Source of the DNA: Gemmatimonadota bacterium
GTDB taxonomy: Bacteria > Gemmatimonadota > Gemmatimonadetes > Gemmatimonadales > Gemmatimonadaceae
Length of the DNA stretch: 64,000 nt
Direction: 5' to 3'
Assembly: GCA_016218305.1 (NCBI GenBank)
Contig: JACREJ010000025.1
Location: 243-64,242 of the forward strand
This document shows, piece after piece, positions 50,067 through 60,581 of this stretch (its first letter is position 1; the number at the start of each line of letters is the position of its first letter). The notes under the pieces were generated by a model. That model searched no databases, was not told the DNA's origin, and saw only the letters and a program-made list of their open reading frames with translations. The translations under genes and the position numbers were made by a program.

Positions 50067-50095
50067 CGCGCCGGGGCCGCACACGGCCCCGCGCC
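50067..50095. terminator. Hairpin between convergent genes (candidate bidirectional terminator)
   Basis: gcgccggggccg-cacac-ggccccgcgc (GGGGCC/GGCCCC core plus flanking GC pairs with one bulge), between stop 50051 (+) and stop 50100 (-). Confidence 0.4.
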
Positions 50096-50099
50096 TGAT

Positions 50100-51362
50100 T
50101 CACGCCGGCGGCATCCGCACGATCTTCCCCATGAACAGCACCGTCCCCGTGAGCCGCTCGCGCAGCACGAACAGGTACGGACGGTCCACGCGCATCGTCG
50201 GGTAGGACGGCATTGAGGTGACGCCGATGCCCACGGTCGTCACGGCGGCCGCCTCGGTGCCCTCTTCGTTGATGTCCACGAAGGTGTTCTGCTTCACGAA
50301 CTCGATGAAGAGCTCATGCCCCGCCGGCGCGGCCGCCATCTGCGTGAAGTCCGCACCGCCCGGGGCAAACGGCACCACCATGCCGAGCGCCTTCAGGTCG
50401 TCGTTGAGACGACGCTCGTACTTGAGCGTCAGCCGCGGCAGGTAGAAGTAGACCTTCTGCGTGCGGAACGCGGACGTCAGTGCCTGCCACGACGCCGGCG
50501 TGAGCGACGCCGCCAGTGTCTCCACGTCGGTGCCCGCCTTGGGGAGCAGCACCGTCATGGAGAAGGCGGTGTTGCCGTACGGCAGGTCGGCGGCCTGGTA
50601 CGTCGCCGTCTCGGCGTAGGACAGTGTGTCCAGTCGGTACATCAACTGCACCGCCTGCGAGCCGCCCGTCGCGGCGTAGAACGTGGCCGGCGCCGTCTGC
50701 GCCGGATCGAACTTCAGGCGCCAGCTTCCCTTGAAGTAGATGGCGTTGATCAGGAACATCACCTGCTGCGCGGTGATGTCGTCGAGCACGGTCGGAATCT
50801 TCCCCGCCGTCGCGGTGTTGACCCAGCCGTTGATGGCCGCCAGCGACGCCGCCCGGTCGTTGAAGTTCAGCCCACGCACCGTGGCGTCGAAGTACACCCT
50901 AGTGGTGTCGAAGAACGCCTGCCGGAAGGGGAATTCCTGCCGGTACCAGATGGAGTTGGCGATCCGCATCTGCACGCCCGGATCGAGCGACGTGAGCAGC
51001 GCGACGAGCGACTTGTAGCCCGCATTGATCTCGGGGACCGTCGCGTTGCCGAACTGGAGCGCCGCACGCATCTGGTCGGCGGTCTGGCCCGCCGCCCCGT
51101 TCAGCGTCATGCCGAGCGCAAACGATGCGCTCAGCGGCGATATGAAGACGTTGCTGTCCCGCTGGGCGGCGTTGACCTTGCCCCACAGGGCGAAGGCGAA
51201 CGCGTTCGCGGCATCGCGAACCTTGATCTCATTGGCGGTGAGCGCGCGCGGCAGCGCCGTCAGCGCCGCAGGCGGACCCGAGGGGTTGCCTTCGGTGGGC
51301 GTCGTGGCGCAGGCCGCCGCGGCCACCAGCACCGCGACGGCGGCAAGGGAGCGAACGAACAT
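50100..51362 (-). CDS. Serpin (serine protease inhibitor family I4), probable lipoprotein
   Basis: ORF trimmed to MFVRSLAAVAVLVAAAAC (ATG 51362). FISPLSASFALGM, NAIYFKGSWRLKFD, hinge/RCL NEEGTEAAAVTTVGIGVTSMPSYP and DRPYLFVL; 420 aa. Confidence 0.9.
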   Translation of the reverse strand: MFVRSLAAVAVLVAAAACATTPTEGNPSGPPAALTALPRALTANEIKVRDAANAFAFALWGKVNAAQRDSNVFISPLSASFALGMTLNGAAGQTADQMRAALQFGNATVPEINAGYKSLVALLTSLDPGVQMRIANSIWYRQEFPFRQAFFDTTRVYFDATVRGLNFNDRAASLAAINGWVNTATAGKIPTVLDDITAQQVMFLINAIYFKGSWRLKFDPAQTAPATFYAATGGSQAVQLMYRLDTLSYAETATYQAADLPYGNTAFSMTVLLPKAGTDVETLAASLTPASWQALTSAFRTQKVYFYLPRLTLKYERRLNDDLKALGMVVPFAPGGADFTQMAAAPAGHELFIEFVKQNTFVDINEEGTEAAAVTTVGIGVTSMPSYPTMRVDRPYLFVLRERLTGTVLFMGKIVRMPPA

Positions 51363-51409
51363 GGCGGTCTCTCTCGGATAGCACGTCATACCTGTGCTAC
51401 CCCACAGAC

Positions 51410-53533
51410 TCACTTCTTGCCACCGCCCAGCCGCCGGTCAAGGAATTCGGCCGAGGTCTTGAAGGCCTCCACCCACCGGTCCCACCGCAGGAACCCGTGG
51501 ATCTCGTCCGGGAAGACGAGTTGCTCGACCTCGACGTTCCGCTCGCGCAGCGCCTGCACGAGCGTGACCGTCTCCACGAAGCGCACGTTGCGGTCGTCGT
51601 CGCCGTGAATGACCAGCACCGGCGAACGCCAGCCGTTCACGCTCGACATCGGGGACGCGTTGAACGCCGTGCGGGTGCGCTCCGGGTTCTCGAGCGGGTT
51701 GTAGGACGGCACGAAGGTCGCGACCCCGACGTTCCAGTCGTGCACACCGTGGAAGTCCACGCCGGCCGCAAACAGGTCGGAGGCGCGCGAAAGTCCCATC
51801 GCCGTGAGGTAGCCGCCGTAGGAGCCGCCCCAGAGCGCAATGCGCTTGGGATCCACGTCGGGACGCCCGGCGAGATACAGGCCCGCGGCCATCACGTCCT
51901 GGAATTCACTGCCTCCCGACGCGCCGTAGTTGAGCGCCTCACGGAACTCCATGCCATACCCGATGCCGCTGCGGTAGTTGATGGACAGCACCACGTACCC
52001 CTTGCTCGCGAGGTGCTGGTTGAACGCGTAGGCGTTGGCGTAGTAGCTGGAGTAGTTCCAGCCGAGGAGCATCTGGCGGCGCGAGCCGCCGTGCATGAAG
52101 ATCGCCGCGGGGCGTGCATCGCCCGCCTTGGCGCCGGGCGGCAGGAAGAGCTGGGCGTGGAACTTGAGGCCGTCGGTGGACGTGATCACCACCGGCTGCG
52201 GGTCCACCATCGCCCGTTCGGGAAAGTCGGCGGGGATCGTCCCCGGCGCGAGTTCGCGCGGTGCGGCCGCCCCCACCTGGATGACGGCGTGCGCGGGGCG
52301 GCGTGTTCCGGACTTGAAGAACGCGATGTTCGCGCCGTCGCTCGTCACCGCCGGCTGCCATTCGATGTCGGCGCCCGAGGTCACCGCGCGCGGCGGCCCG
52401 CCCGCGACGCTGACGCGCCAGATGTCGCGGCGGTCGATGTCGTCCTGGTTAGAGTTGAAGATCACCTCGCGCCGGTCAGGCGTGAACGTGACGTACTCCA
52501 CCTCGAACGCGCCCGGTGTCAGCAGCACCGGCGCGCCGCCGTTGGCCGACACGGAATAGAGCGACGTCCAGCCCGTCTTCTCCCACGGGAAGACCAGCCG
52601 GTCGCCCGCCGCCCACGTCAGCTGCGCCCCGACGATGGGGCGGAAGACCGAACCCCGTCCGGTATCGGCGCGGAAGACGGTGCGCCCCTTCCCCGTATAG
52701 GCGTCGGCGACGACGATGGACCACGGTTCGGCGCGCCGCTCGGGCGTGAAGAGCATGTGCCACGACGCCGCCGGCGTGCGCAGGAATGCCACCTGCTTGC
52801 CGTCGGTGGACCAGACGGGATTTTCGTCCGTGTCCACGCTCGGCGCGATCCACTGCACGCTCTTTGCCGCGAGATCGAGGACGCCGATGAAGGCGTGCGT
52901 GCCGCGATTGCTCGCGAAGAGCAGCCGGCCGCCGTCGGGAGACCACGAGAGCGAGCCGATGCCGCCGCGCACGGTCGCCACCTGGGCGGCGGGCTTGCTC
53001 TCGTCCACGGGCGCCGTCCAGATGGCGCCACGCCGTACGAAAGCCATGGTGGCGCCGTCCGGCGACATCGCGACGCTGCCCGCGGCGCCCACCTTCGTCG
53101 GTTCACCCCCCGCCACCTTCACGCGCCAGAGCGCCATCTCCGCGCCGGCCGGGTCGCTCGTCGGATTCGGGTTCTCCCCCGCGCGGTTGGGACCCTGCCC
53201 ACGCGTGAAGAAGATCGTGGAGCCGTCCTTGGACCAGACGAGCCCACCCAACTCCTGCCCGTCGGCCTGCGCGTAGGCGGTCAGCTTGCGGCCACGATAC
53301 TCCGGCGGCGTCGCCACCCAAATGTTGCGCACCCCCCGGTCGTTCAGCACCCACGCCACCGCCCCGCCACTCGGCGCCGCGGTGAGGGAGCCCGGGTACG
53401 GCGCGGACATCAACTGCTCGATGGGGATCTCGCGCTGCTGGGCGAACAGCGGGGAGGCGAGCAGCGGGGAGGCGAACAGCACCGCGGTGACTACGGCACA
53501 CGCGACACGGGAGGGCACACGCATGGCGACCAT
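51410..53533 (-). CDS. Secreted S9 family serine peptidase (beta-propeller + prolyl oligopeptidase/acylaminoacyl-peptidase catalytic domain)
   Basis: 707 aa. Signal peptide and TolB-like propeller repeats (SPDG..., WSPDGGRLLF). Catalytic GGSYGG, HGDDDRNV and DEIHGF. An ATG at 53524 (MRVPSR) has the better-spaced GGAG. Confidence 0.9.
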   Translation of the reverse strand: MVAMRVPSRVACAVVTAVLFASPLLASPLFAQQREIPIEQLMSAPYPGSLTAAPSGGAVAWVLNDRGVRNIWVATPPEYRGRKLTAYAQADGQELGGLVWSKDGSTIFFTRGQGPNRAGENPNPTSDPAGAEMALWRVKVAGGEPTKVGAAGSVAMSPDGATMAFVRRGAIWTAPVDESKPAAQVATVRGGIGSLSWSPDGGRLLFASNRGTHAFIGVLDLAAKSVQWIAPSVDTDENPVWSTDGKQVAFLRTPAASWHMLFTPERRAEPWSIVVADAYTGKGRTVFRADTGRGSVFRPIVGAQLTWAAGDRLVFPWEKTGWTSLYSVSANGGAPVLLTPGAFEVEYVTFTPDRREVIFNSNQDDIDRRDIWRVSVAGGPPRAVTSGADIEWQPAVTSDGANIAFFKSGTRRPAHAVIQVGAAAPRELAPGTIPADFPERAMVDPQPVVITSTDGLKFHAQLFLPPGAKAGDARPAAIFMHGGSRRQMLLGWNYSSYYANAYAFNQHLASKGYVVLSINYRSGIGYGMEFREALNYGASGGSEFQDVMAAGLYLAGRPDVDPKRIALWGGSYGGYLTAMGLSRASDLFAAGVDFHGVHDWNVGVATFVPSYNPLENPERTRTAFNASPMSSVNGWRSPVLVIHGDDDRNVRFVETVTLVQALRERNVEVEQLVFPDEIHGFLRWDRWVEAFKTSAEFLDRRLGGGKK

Positions 53534-53562
53534 CTCCAGGCAGGGGGTTGGAACCGCGCCCT

Positions 53563-53591
53563 AACGTAGCACACGACTGCCGGGGCGTCAG
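53563..53591 (-). promoter_or_regulatory. Possible promoter of the S9 peptidase-serpin unit
   Basis: Minus strand reads CTGACG-CCCCGGCAGTCGTGTGC(17)-TACGTT. The -10 is identical to that of the HU/IHF gene promoter; the -35 matches 4/6. Confidence 0.3.
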
Positions 53592-53601
53592 CCACCGTCT
53601 A

Positions 53602-53699
53602 CTTCAACCACGAAGACCGAAGGGCGCGAAGGGGCGCGAAGAAGGGCTCACCTAGGCGGTGAGCCCTTCGCGCCCTTCATTCCCTTCGCGCCTTCGCGA
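53602..53699. repeat. REP/MITE-like palindromic element, copy D (most symmetric copy)
   Basis: cttcaaccacgaagaccgaagggcgcgaaggggcgcgaagaagggctcacc-taggc-ggtgagcccttcgcgcccttcattcccttcgcgccttcgcgat. The inner 9-bp stem is perfect. Confidence 0.75.
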
Positions 53700-53778
53700 T
53701 GTCTGTTGTCGTTGCGGTTCCCTGCCCCCAACCCCCGCACCACACCCTGTTCCCTGCCTCCTGAACCGGAGAGCGGCT

Positions 53779-54564
53779 CTATCCACTCCCCAGCGTGATC
53801 TTCTCCGGCCTCTCGGAGATCGCGCCCCAGATGTAATCGCCGTTCATCCGCTTGATGAAGTCGATGCTGATCCCCTTGGGGCAGGCCGCCATGCACTCGC
53901 CGAACAGCGTGCAGCCGCCAAACCCCTCGAGATCCATCTGCGCTACCATGCTGAGCGCACGGCGATAACGCTCCGGCTGGCCCTGCGGCAGCAGTCCGAG
54001 GTGGCTGATCTTGGCCGCGGTGAACAGCGACACTGAGGCGTTGGGGCAGGCCGCCACGCAGGCGCCGCACCCGATGCAGGCCGCGGCGTCCATGGCCTCG
54101 TCCGCGTCCGGCTTGGCGATGGGCAGGGCGTTGGCGTCCTGCGGCGACCCCGTGGCCACGGAGATGAACCCGCCGGCCTGGATGATGCGGTCGATCGCCG
54201 AGCGGTCCACGATGAGGTCGCGGATCACCGGGAACGCCTTGGCGCGCCACGGCTCCAGCGTGATCGAGTCGCCGTCCTTGAACGAGCGCATGTGCAGCTG
54301 GCACGTGGTGGTCAGCTTGCTCGGCCCATGCGCTACGCCGTTGATCATCATGCCGCACATGCCGCAGATCCCCTCGCGGCAATCGTGATCGAAGGCAATG
54401 GGGTCCTTGCCTTCGAGCGCGAGCTTGTCGTTGACGACGTCGAGCATCTCGAGGAACGAACTTTCCGGGCTGACGTCGGTGGCCGTGTACTCCTCGAACT
54501 TGCCGGGAGCCTTGGGGCCCGCCTGCCGCCACACCTTGAGCTTGATAGTCATGGTTCCAGACAT
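53779..54564 (-). CDS. sdhB: Succinate dehydrogenase/fumarate reductase iron-sulfur subunit
   Basis: ORF trimmed to [14 protein letters not shown] (ATG 54564; alternative ATG 54552). [22 protein letters not shown] and [12 protein letters not shown] clusters. Confidence 0.92.
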   Translation of the reverse strand: MSGTMTIKLKVWRQAGPKAPGKFEEYTATDVSPESSFLEMLDVVNDKLALEGKDPIAFDHDCREGICGMCGMMINGVAHGPSKLTTTCQLHMRSFKDGDSITLEPWRAKAFPVIRDLIVDRSAIDRIIQAGGFISVATGSPQDANALPIAKPDADEAMDAAACIGCGACVAACPNASVSLFTAAKISHLGLLPQGQPERYRRALSMVAQMDLEGFGGCTLFGECMAACPKGISIDFIKRMNGDYIWGAISERPEKITLGSG

Positions 54565-54572
54565 TCGGTCAC

Positions 54573-56486
54573 TCACTTGTAGCTGCGGGTGGCGAGATGC
54601 ACGTTCTCGAACTCGAGCGGTTCCTTGTTGAGCACCGGCGCCGACGTGTCGCCGGTATACTCCCACGCCGCCACGTAGCAGAAGGCGTCGTCGTTGCGCT
54701 TGGCCTCGCCCGCCTCCTGGTACTCCTCGCGGAAATGGCCGCCGCAGGATTCCTCACGGTGCAGCGCGTCGAGGCACATCAACTCGCCGAACTCCAGGAA
54801 GTCGGCCACGCGGCCGGCCTTCTCGAGCTGCTGGTTCAGCGTGTCGCCGCTGCCCGGCACGGTGAGATTCTGCCAGAACTCCTCGCGCACCGCGGGGATC
54901 TCACGTAGCGCCTGCTTGAGGCCGGCCTCGTTGCGGGCCATGCCGCAGTGCTCCCACATGATCTTGCCGAGCGCGCGGTGGAACGAATCGGCCGTGCGCT
55001 TGCCATTGATGCCGAGCAGGCGCGACGTGCGCTGCTGCACGGCATCCACGGCGGCGCGAAACTCGGGATGGTCCGTCGTCACCTTTTCGAACTTGTTGCT
55101 CGCCAGGTAGTGCCCGATCGTATACGGCAGGACGAAGTAGCCGTCGGCCAGCCCCTGCATCAGGGCGCTCGCGCCGAGGCGGTTGGCCCCGTGATCGCTG
55201 AAGTTCGCCTCGCCGATGACGTGCAGCCCCGGGATCGTGCTCATGAGGTTGTAGTCCACCCAGAGCCCGCCCATTGTGTAGTGCGAGGCCGGATAGATGC
55301 GCATCGGCACTTCGTAGGGATTCTCGTCCGTGATGCGCTGGTACATCTCGAACAGGTTGCCGTACCGCTCCGCAATCTCCTTGGCGCCGAGCCGCGTGAT
55401 GGAGTCGGCGAAGTCGAGGTAGACGCCCCGCCCGCCCGGGCCGACGCCGCGGCCGTCGTCGCAGGCCTCCTTGGCGGCGCGGCTCGAGATGTCGCGCGGC
55501 GCGAGGTTGCCGTAGCTCGGATACTTGCGCTCGAGGTAGTAGTCGCGGTCTTCCTCGGGGATCTCGCTCGGCTTCTTGCCGACGTCCTCGCGCTTCTTCG
55601 GCACCCAGACTCGGCCGTCGTTGCGCAGCGACTCGGACATGAGCGTCAGCTTGCTCTGGTGCTCGCCGGCCACCGGGATGCACGTCGGATGGATCTGCGT
55701 GTAGCACGGGTTGGCGAAGGCCGCTCCCTTCTTGTAGGCGCGGTAGATCGCCGTCGCGTTGCACCCCTGCGCGTTGGTGCTGAGATAGAAGACGTTGCCG
55801 TAACCGCCGGTGCCAAGCACCACGGCGTCGGCCACGTGCGCCTCCACCGCGCCGGTCACCAGGTTGCGCGTGACGATGCCGCGCGCCACGCCGTTGATGG
55901 TCACCAGCTCAAGCATTTCGTGGCGGTTGTACATCTTCACGCCGCCGCGCGCGATCTCCTTTTCCAGCGCCTGGTAGGCGCCGAGCAGGAGCTGCTGGCC
56001 GGTCTGCCCGCGGGCGTAGAAGGTGCGGCTCACCTGCGCGCCGCCGAACGACCGGTTCGCCAGCAGGCCGCCGTACTCGCGCGCGAACGGCACACCCTGC
56101 GCCACGCACTGGTCGATGATGTCCACCGAGACCTGCGCCAGCCGGAAGACGTTGGCCTCGCGCGCGCGGAAGTCGCCGCCCTTCACCGTGTCGTAGAACA
56201 GCCGCTGGATGCTGTCGCCGTCGTTGCGGTAGTTCTTGGCGCCGTTGATGCCGCCCTGCGCGGCAATCGAGTGCGCGCGGCGCGGCGAGTCCTGGAAGGC
56301 GAAGCAGCTGACGTTGTACCCCAGCTCGCTCATCGACGCGGCGGCGCTCGCGCCGGCCAGGCCGCTGCCGACCACGATGACGTGGTATTTCCGCTTGTTC
56401 GCCGGGTTCACCAGCTTCATCTCGAAGCGGTGCTTGTCCCACTTCTCGGCGATGGGGCCAGTCGGGATCTTGGAATCGAGTTTCAT
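54573..56486 (-). CDS. sdhA: Succinate dehydrogenase/fumarate reductase flavoprotein subunit
   Basis: 637 aa. [15 protein letters not shown] fold and [10 protein letters not shown] (FAD-linking His). Confidence 0.96.
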   Translation of the reverse strand: MKLDSKIPTGPIAEKWDKHRFEMKLVNPANKRKYHVIVVGSGLAGASAAASMSELGYNVSCFAFQDSPRRAHSIAAQGGINGAKNYRNDGDSIQRLFYDTVKGGDFRAREANVFRLAQVSVDIIDQCVAQGVPFAREYGGLLANRSFGGAQVSRTFYARGQTGQQLLLGAYQALEKEIARGGVKMYNRHEMLELVTINGVARGIVTRNLVTGAVEAHVADAVVLGTGGYGNVFYLSTNAQGCNATAIYRAYKKGAAFANPCYTQIHPTCIPVAGEHQSKLTLMSESLRNDGRVWVPKKREDVGKKPSEIPEEDRDYYLERKYPSYGNLAPRDISSRAAKEACDDGRGVGPGGRGVYLDFADSITRLGAKEIAERYGNLFEMYQRITDENPYEVPMRIYPASHYTMGGLWVDYNLMSTIPGLHVIGEANFSDHGANRLGASALMQGLADGYFVLPYTIGHYLASNKFEKVTTDHPEFRAAVDAVQQRTSRLLGINGKRTADSFHRALGKIMWEHCGMARNEAGLKQALREIPAVREEFWQNLTVPGSGDTLNQQLEKAGRVADFLEFGELMCLDALHREESCGGHFREEYQEAGEAKRNDDAFCYVAAWEYTGDTSAPVLNKEPLEFENVHLATRSYK

Positions 56487-56499
56487 GTTCGTCTCCGCC

Positions 56500-57156
56500 T
56501 CAACGCACGATGCCGAGGGCGACGCCCAGCGGCACGAGGCTGAAGCCCACGGTCACGACGAGGGCAATGATGAGCGGCAGGCGCCGCTGCAGGGGCTCGG
56601 CGGCGTTCTTGGCGAGGCCCAGCGTGCGCAGCACCGCCCACGTCCCGTGGAACAGGTGCAGCAGCAGGAAGAACATCGCGACGAGGTAAAAGACCACCCA
56701 GAACGGGCGCTCGAAGGCGAGCACCACGTTGCCGTACGCGGCGCCGCGGCTGAACTCCGGCAGCAGCCACTTCCACCCGAGCGTGAACTGCCCGAGGTGC
56801 AGCACGAGGAAGATGGCCAGGAAGACGCCCCCCCAGCGCAGCGTGCGCGACGCGTACGTGCTCACCTGGGCGTCGCGCAAGGCGTAGTCCACCGGGCGCG
56901 CCGCCCGGTTGCGCATGGTCAGCTGGTAGGCCGCCAGGACGTGCAGCACCGTGGAGACGAGCAGCACGACGCGCACCGCCCACGTGATTTCGATGATGTC
57001 TTCCTGGAGGAGCTTGGCATACGCGTTGTAGCGCTCCATCCCCATGAAGATCTGCAGGTTGCCGGCCATGTGGCCGATGACGAAGCCCACGAGGATGAGC
57101 CCCGTGACGCCCATCACCACCTTCTTGCCGACCGAGGAGTCCCAGAACTTGAGCAT
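56500..57156 (-). CDS. sdhC: Succinate dehydrogenase cytochrome b558 subunit (type B, single membrane anchor)
   Basis: 218 aa, 5 TM, His ligands in the GHMAGNL/LHVL/LHL helices. No sdhD is present. Confidence 0.85.
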   Translation of the reverse strand: MLKFWDSSVGKKVVMGVTGLILVGFVIGHMAGNLQIFMGMERYNAYAKLLQEDIIEITWAVRVVLLVSTVLHVLAAYQLTMRNRAARPVDYALRDAQVSTYASRTLRWGGVFLAIFLVLHLGQFTLGWKWLLPEFSRGAAYGNVVLAFERPFWVVFYLVAMFFLLLHLFHGTWAVLRTLGLAKNAAEPLQRRLPLIIALVVTVGFSLVPLGVALGIVR

Positions 57157-57237
57157 GTTCCAGAGGTTGGGAGCGAACCCGGACGGTGGGCGGCGCGTTG
57201 CCGCACCGCGACCGGTGCTCGTGGACCTAGATACGGC

Positions 57238-57264
57238 GCGGGGTCGACGCTCGGCCGACCCCGC
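57238..57264 (-). terminator. GC hairpin after the mdh stop (weak terminator candidate)
   Basis: 9-bp stem GCGGGGTCG/CGACCCCGC with a 9-nt loop, 10 nt after the mdh TAG. There is no clear U-tract. Confidence 0.3.
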
Positions 57265-57273
57265 CCCACCATC

Positions 57274-58335
<1,062 letters not shown>

Positions 58336-59310
58336 CTACCCGCCCACCTCGCTCAGGGCCTTCAACCCGCCAACGCGCAGCTTCAGCAACTCGTGCTCGC
58401 GCGGTTTCTCGGCCAGCGCCCTGGCGAAGTACGGTTCGAGCGGCTCGCCGGCGCGCAGGGGCTCGCGCAGGTTGACCTCGTGATCGCCATAGAGGCAGGT
58501 GCGCAGGCGGCCGTCGGCGGTGAGCCGCACACGGTTGCACGTGTCGCAGTACGTGTGGGAGAGGGGCGTGATCACCCCAATCGTCCCCAGCGCGCCGGCA
58601 ATGCGCAGGTAGCGCGCCGGTCCATTGCCGCGGGCCGGGCCGTCCACCGGATCGAGCGTGCCGAAGCGCGCCGCAATGCGCGCCAGCACCTCCTCGCTCG
58701 GCACGACGCGCTCGAACTCGGTCCCCGCAAGGTCGCCCACGGGCATCAGCTCGATGAACCGCACGTGCCAGGGATGGACGACGGTGAGCGCCGCGAAGTC
58801 CTCGACCTCGTCGTCATTGGCGCCGCGGATCACGACCACGTTGATCTTGATCGGATCGAGGCCCGCGTCGGACGCCGCCGTCGCCGCGACGATCGGGTCG
58901 AACGACAGGTTGCGCCGCGCGATCTCGGCGATGCGGTCGGGGCGCAGCGAATCCGAGCTCATGTTGACGCGGTCCAGACCCGCGTCGCGCAGCGCCTGCG
59001 CCATCTGCGGCAGCTTCACGCCATTGGTCGAGAGGGCGATATCCTCGATGCCCGGCACCGCGCGCAGCTCGCGGATCAGCGTCGGCAGGTCAGGGCGCAC
59101 CGTCGGCTCGCCCCCCGTGATGCGCAGCCGCCGCAGCCCAAGCGGCGCCAGCTGCCGCACGACTTCGGTGATTTCCTCGTACGTGAGGATCTGCTGCCGC
59201 GGGAGCCACGCCATGCCGCTCTCCGGCATGCAGTACACGCACCGGAAGTTGCAGCGGTCGGTGACGGAGATGCGCAGGTACTCGATGCTGCGTCCGAACT
59301 GGTCAAGCAT
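58336..59310 (-). CDS. moaA: GTP 3',8-cyclase (molybdenum cofactor biosynthesis protein A)
   Basis: 324 aa. LRISVTDRCNFRCVYCMP radical SAM motif and a C-terminal CxxCxRxRLTADG. Confidence 0.95.
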   Translation of the reverse strand: MLDQFGRSIEYLRISVTDRCNFRCVYCMPESGMAWLPRQQILTYEEITEVVRQLAPLGLRRLRITGGEPTVRPDLPTLIRELRAVPGIEDIALSTNGVKLPQMAQALRDAGLDRVNMSSDSLRPDRIAEIARRNLSFDPIVAATAASDAGLDPIKINVVVIRGANDDEVEDFAALTVVHPWHVRFIELMPVGDLAGTEFERVVPSEEVLARIAARFGTLDPVDGPARGNGPARYLRIAGALGTIGVITPLSHTYCDTCNRVRLTADGRLRTCLYGDHEVNLREPLRAGEPLEPYFARALAEKPREHELLKLRVGGLKALSEVGG

Positions 59311-59797
59311 CCGTCACCTCCCGGTCGGACGAGCCACGCCCCTCCGCACCGCGCACCACCCCCGGCCGCCCTGCCCCCTGCCCCCTGCCGTGTTCCACCC
59401 ACTGCCGCGTGCCGTCAGTGTAGTGCTCGAGCTTCCAGATCGGGACGCGCTGCTTGAGCGCCTCGATGATCCAGCGCGTTGCGTCCATGGCGTTGGCGCG
59501 GCGGGGATGCGCCACTGCGATCGCCACGCTCGCCTCGCCCAGCGCCAGGTAGCCCGTGCGGTGCTCGATGACGATGTGCGTCGTGCCGAACTGCGCCGCG
59601 GCCTCGCGCGCGATCTCGGCCAGCTCGCGCTCCGCCATCGGCGCGTACGCGTTGTACTCGATGCCGTCCACGGGCCGGCCGTCATTCGTGTCGCGCACGG
59701 TCCCGACGAAGAGCGACAGCGCACCGTTGGCCGGGGACGCGACGTCAGCCGCGATGGCGGCGATGTCGATGGGCGTGCCCACGAGTCCCGTACGCAT
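59303..59797 (-). CDS. moaE: Molybdopterin synthase catalytic subunit
   Basis: 164 aa. GALSLFVGTVRD..., EYNAYAPMAE and VPIWKLEHY motifs. Confidence 0.9.
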   Translation of the reverse strand: MRTGLVGTPIDIAAIAADVASPANGALSLFVGTVRDTNDGRPVDGIEYNAYAPMAERELAEIAREAAAQFGTTHIVIEHRTGYLALGEASVAIAVAHPRRANAMDATRWIIEALKQRVPIWKLEHYTDGTRQWVEHGRGQGAGRPGVVRGAEGRGSSDREVTDA

Positions 59798-60039
59798 CAG
59801 CCGCCTGCCACCGGGGGGATGAGCGCCACCTCGTCGGACGGCGTCACGCGAACATCGGCGCCTGCATAGCGGTGATTGACAGCCACGAGCGGCCGCGCCG
59901 GCAGGTGCACCGCCGGTGCCGCGGTCCGCACCGCCTGTACCACCTCGGAGACGCGGGCGTCGTCGGAGACCGAGACGCGGACGCTCGTGGCGCCGGCGGC
60001 GTCCGCGTAGGACGCGAAGAGGAGAACGTCGAGTTGCAT
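59797..60039 (-). CDS. moaD: Molybdopterin synthase sulfur carrier subunit (MoaD/ThiS fold, C-terminal GG)
   Basis: MQLDVLLFASYADAAG...IPPVAGG. ATG at 60039; the ORF-track TTG at 60051 is an alternative. Confidence 0.85.
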   Translation of the reverse strand: MQLDVLLFASYADAAGATSVRVSVSDDARVSEVVQAVRTAAPAVHLPARPLVAVNHRYAGADVRVTPSDEVALIPPVAGG

Positions 60040-60061
60040 CTCGCCTAGCAAGCTAATGCGA

Positions 60062-60094
60062 GGGCTCCGGGAGCGTGACGTGCCCCCGGAGCCC
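60062..60094 (-). terminator. Intrinsic-terminator-like hairpin after the HU/IHF gene
   Basis: Perfect 10-bp stem GGGCTCCGGG/CCCGGAGCCC with a 13-nt loop, 24 nt after the stop. On the mRNA it is followed by UCGCAUUAGCUUGC. Confidence 0.5.
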
Positions 60095-60117
60095 CATTCC
60101 TACACCCCTGCATCCCG

Positions 60118-60438
60118 CTAGTCGTCCGTGAGTTCCGACTCATCCACGCCGGCAACCATGGCGCGCAGTTCCTTGGACGGCTTGAAGACCGGCACGGGTC
60201 GCGCCGACACCTCCACCGGGGCGCCGGTGCGAGGGTTGCGCGCCATGCGCGTCTTCCGCTGGCGGATCTTGAAGGTGCCGAACCCGCGCACCTCGATGTT
60301 GCGCTGCTCCTTGAGCGCGTCCTTGATAGCGTCCAGGAACGCGTCCACCACGCGGGCGCAGTCCTTCTTCGAAATCATCGGGCCGGAGGTCCGCTCAATC
60401 GCCTCGGTAACACGCTCGACGAGATCAGCTTTGGTCAT
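60118..60438 (-). CDS. HU/IHF family nucleoid-associated DNA-binding protein
   Basis: ORF trimmed to MTKADLVERVTEAI (ATG 60438) with a strong SD GAGGAAGGAA. GFGTFKIRQRKTRMARNPRTGAPVEV arm motif; 106 aa. Confidence 0.9.
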   Translation of the reverse strand: MTKADLVERVTEAIERTSGPMISKKDCARVVDAFLDAIKDALKEQRNIEVRGFGTFKIRQRKTRMARNPRTGAPVEVSARPVPVFKPSKELRAMVAGVDESELTDD

Positions 60439-60480
60439 TTCCTTCCTCGGAAGGGGCTCGAGAATGCCGTAACTGACGAA

Positions 60481-60509
60481 AACGTAGGATGTTACGCCAA
60501 CCGTGTCAA
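60481..60509 (-). promoter_or_regulatory. Sigma-70-type promoter of the HU/IHF gene
   Basis: Minus strand reads TTGACA-CGGTTGGCGTAACATCC(17)-TACGTT, about 43 nt upstream of the ATG. Confidence 0.55.
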
Positions 60510-60553
60510 GCACAACAAGGCCCGGCTCCCATTTTTCGAGGGAAACCGGGCCT
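60510..60553 (-). terminator. Intrinsic terminator after carA
   Basis: The mRNA reads AGGCCCGGUUUCC-CUCGAAAAAU-GGGAGCCGGGCCU (12 pairs including 2 G-U), followed by UGUUGUGCUU. Confidence 0.55.
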
Positions 60554-60581
60554 CTCAGCTAACGCTAGCGCTGGATTTCGG

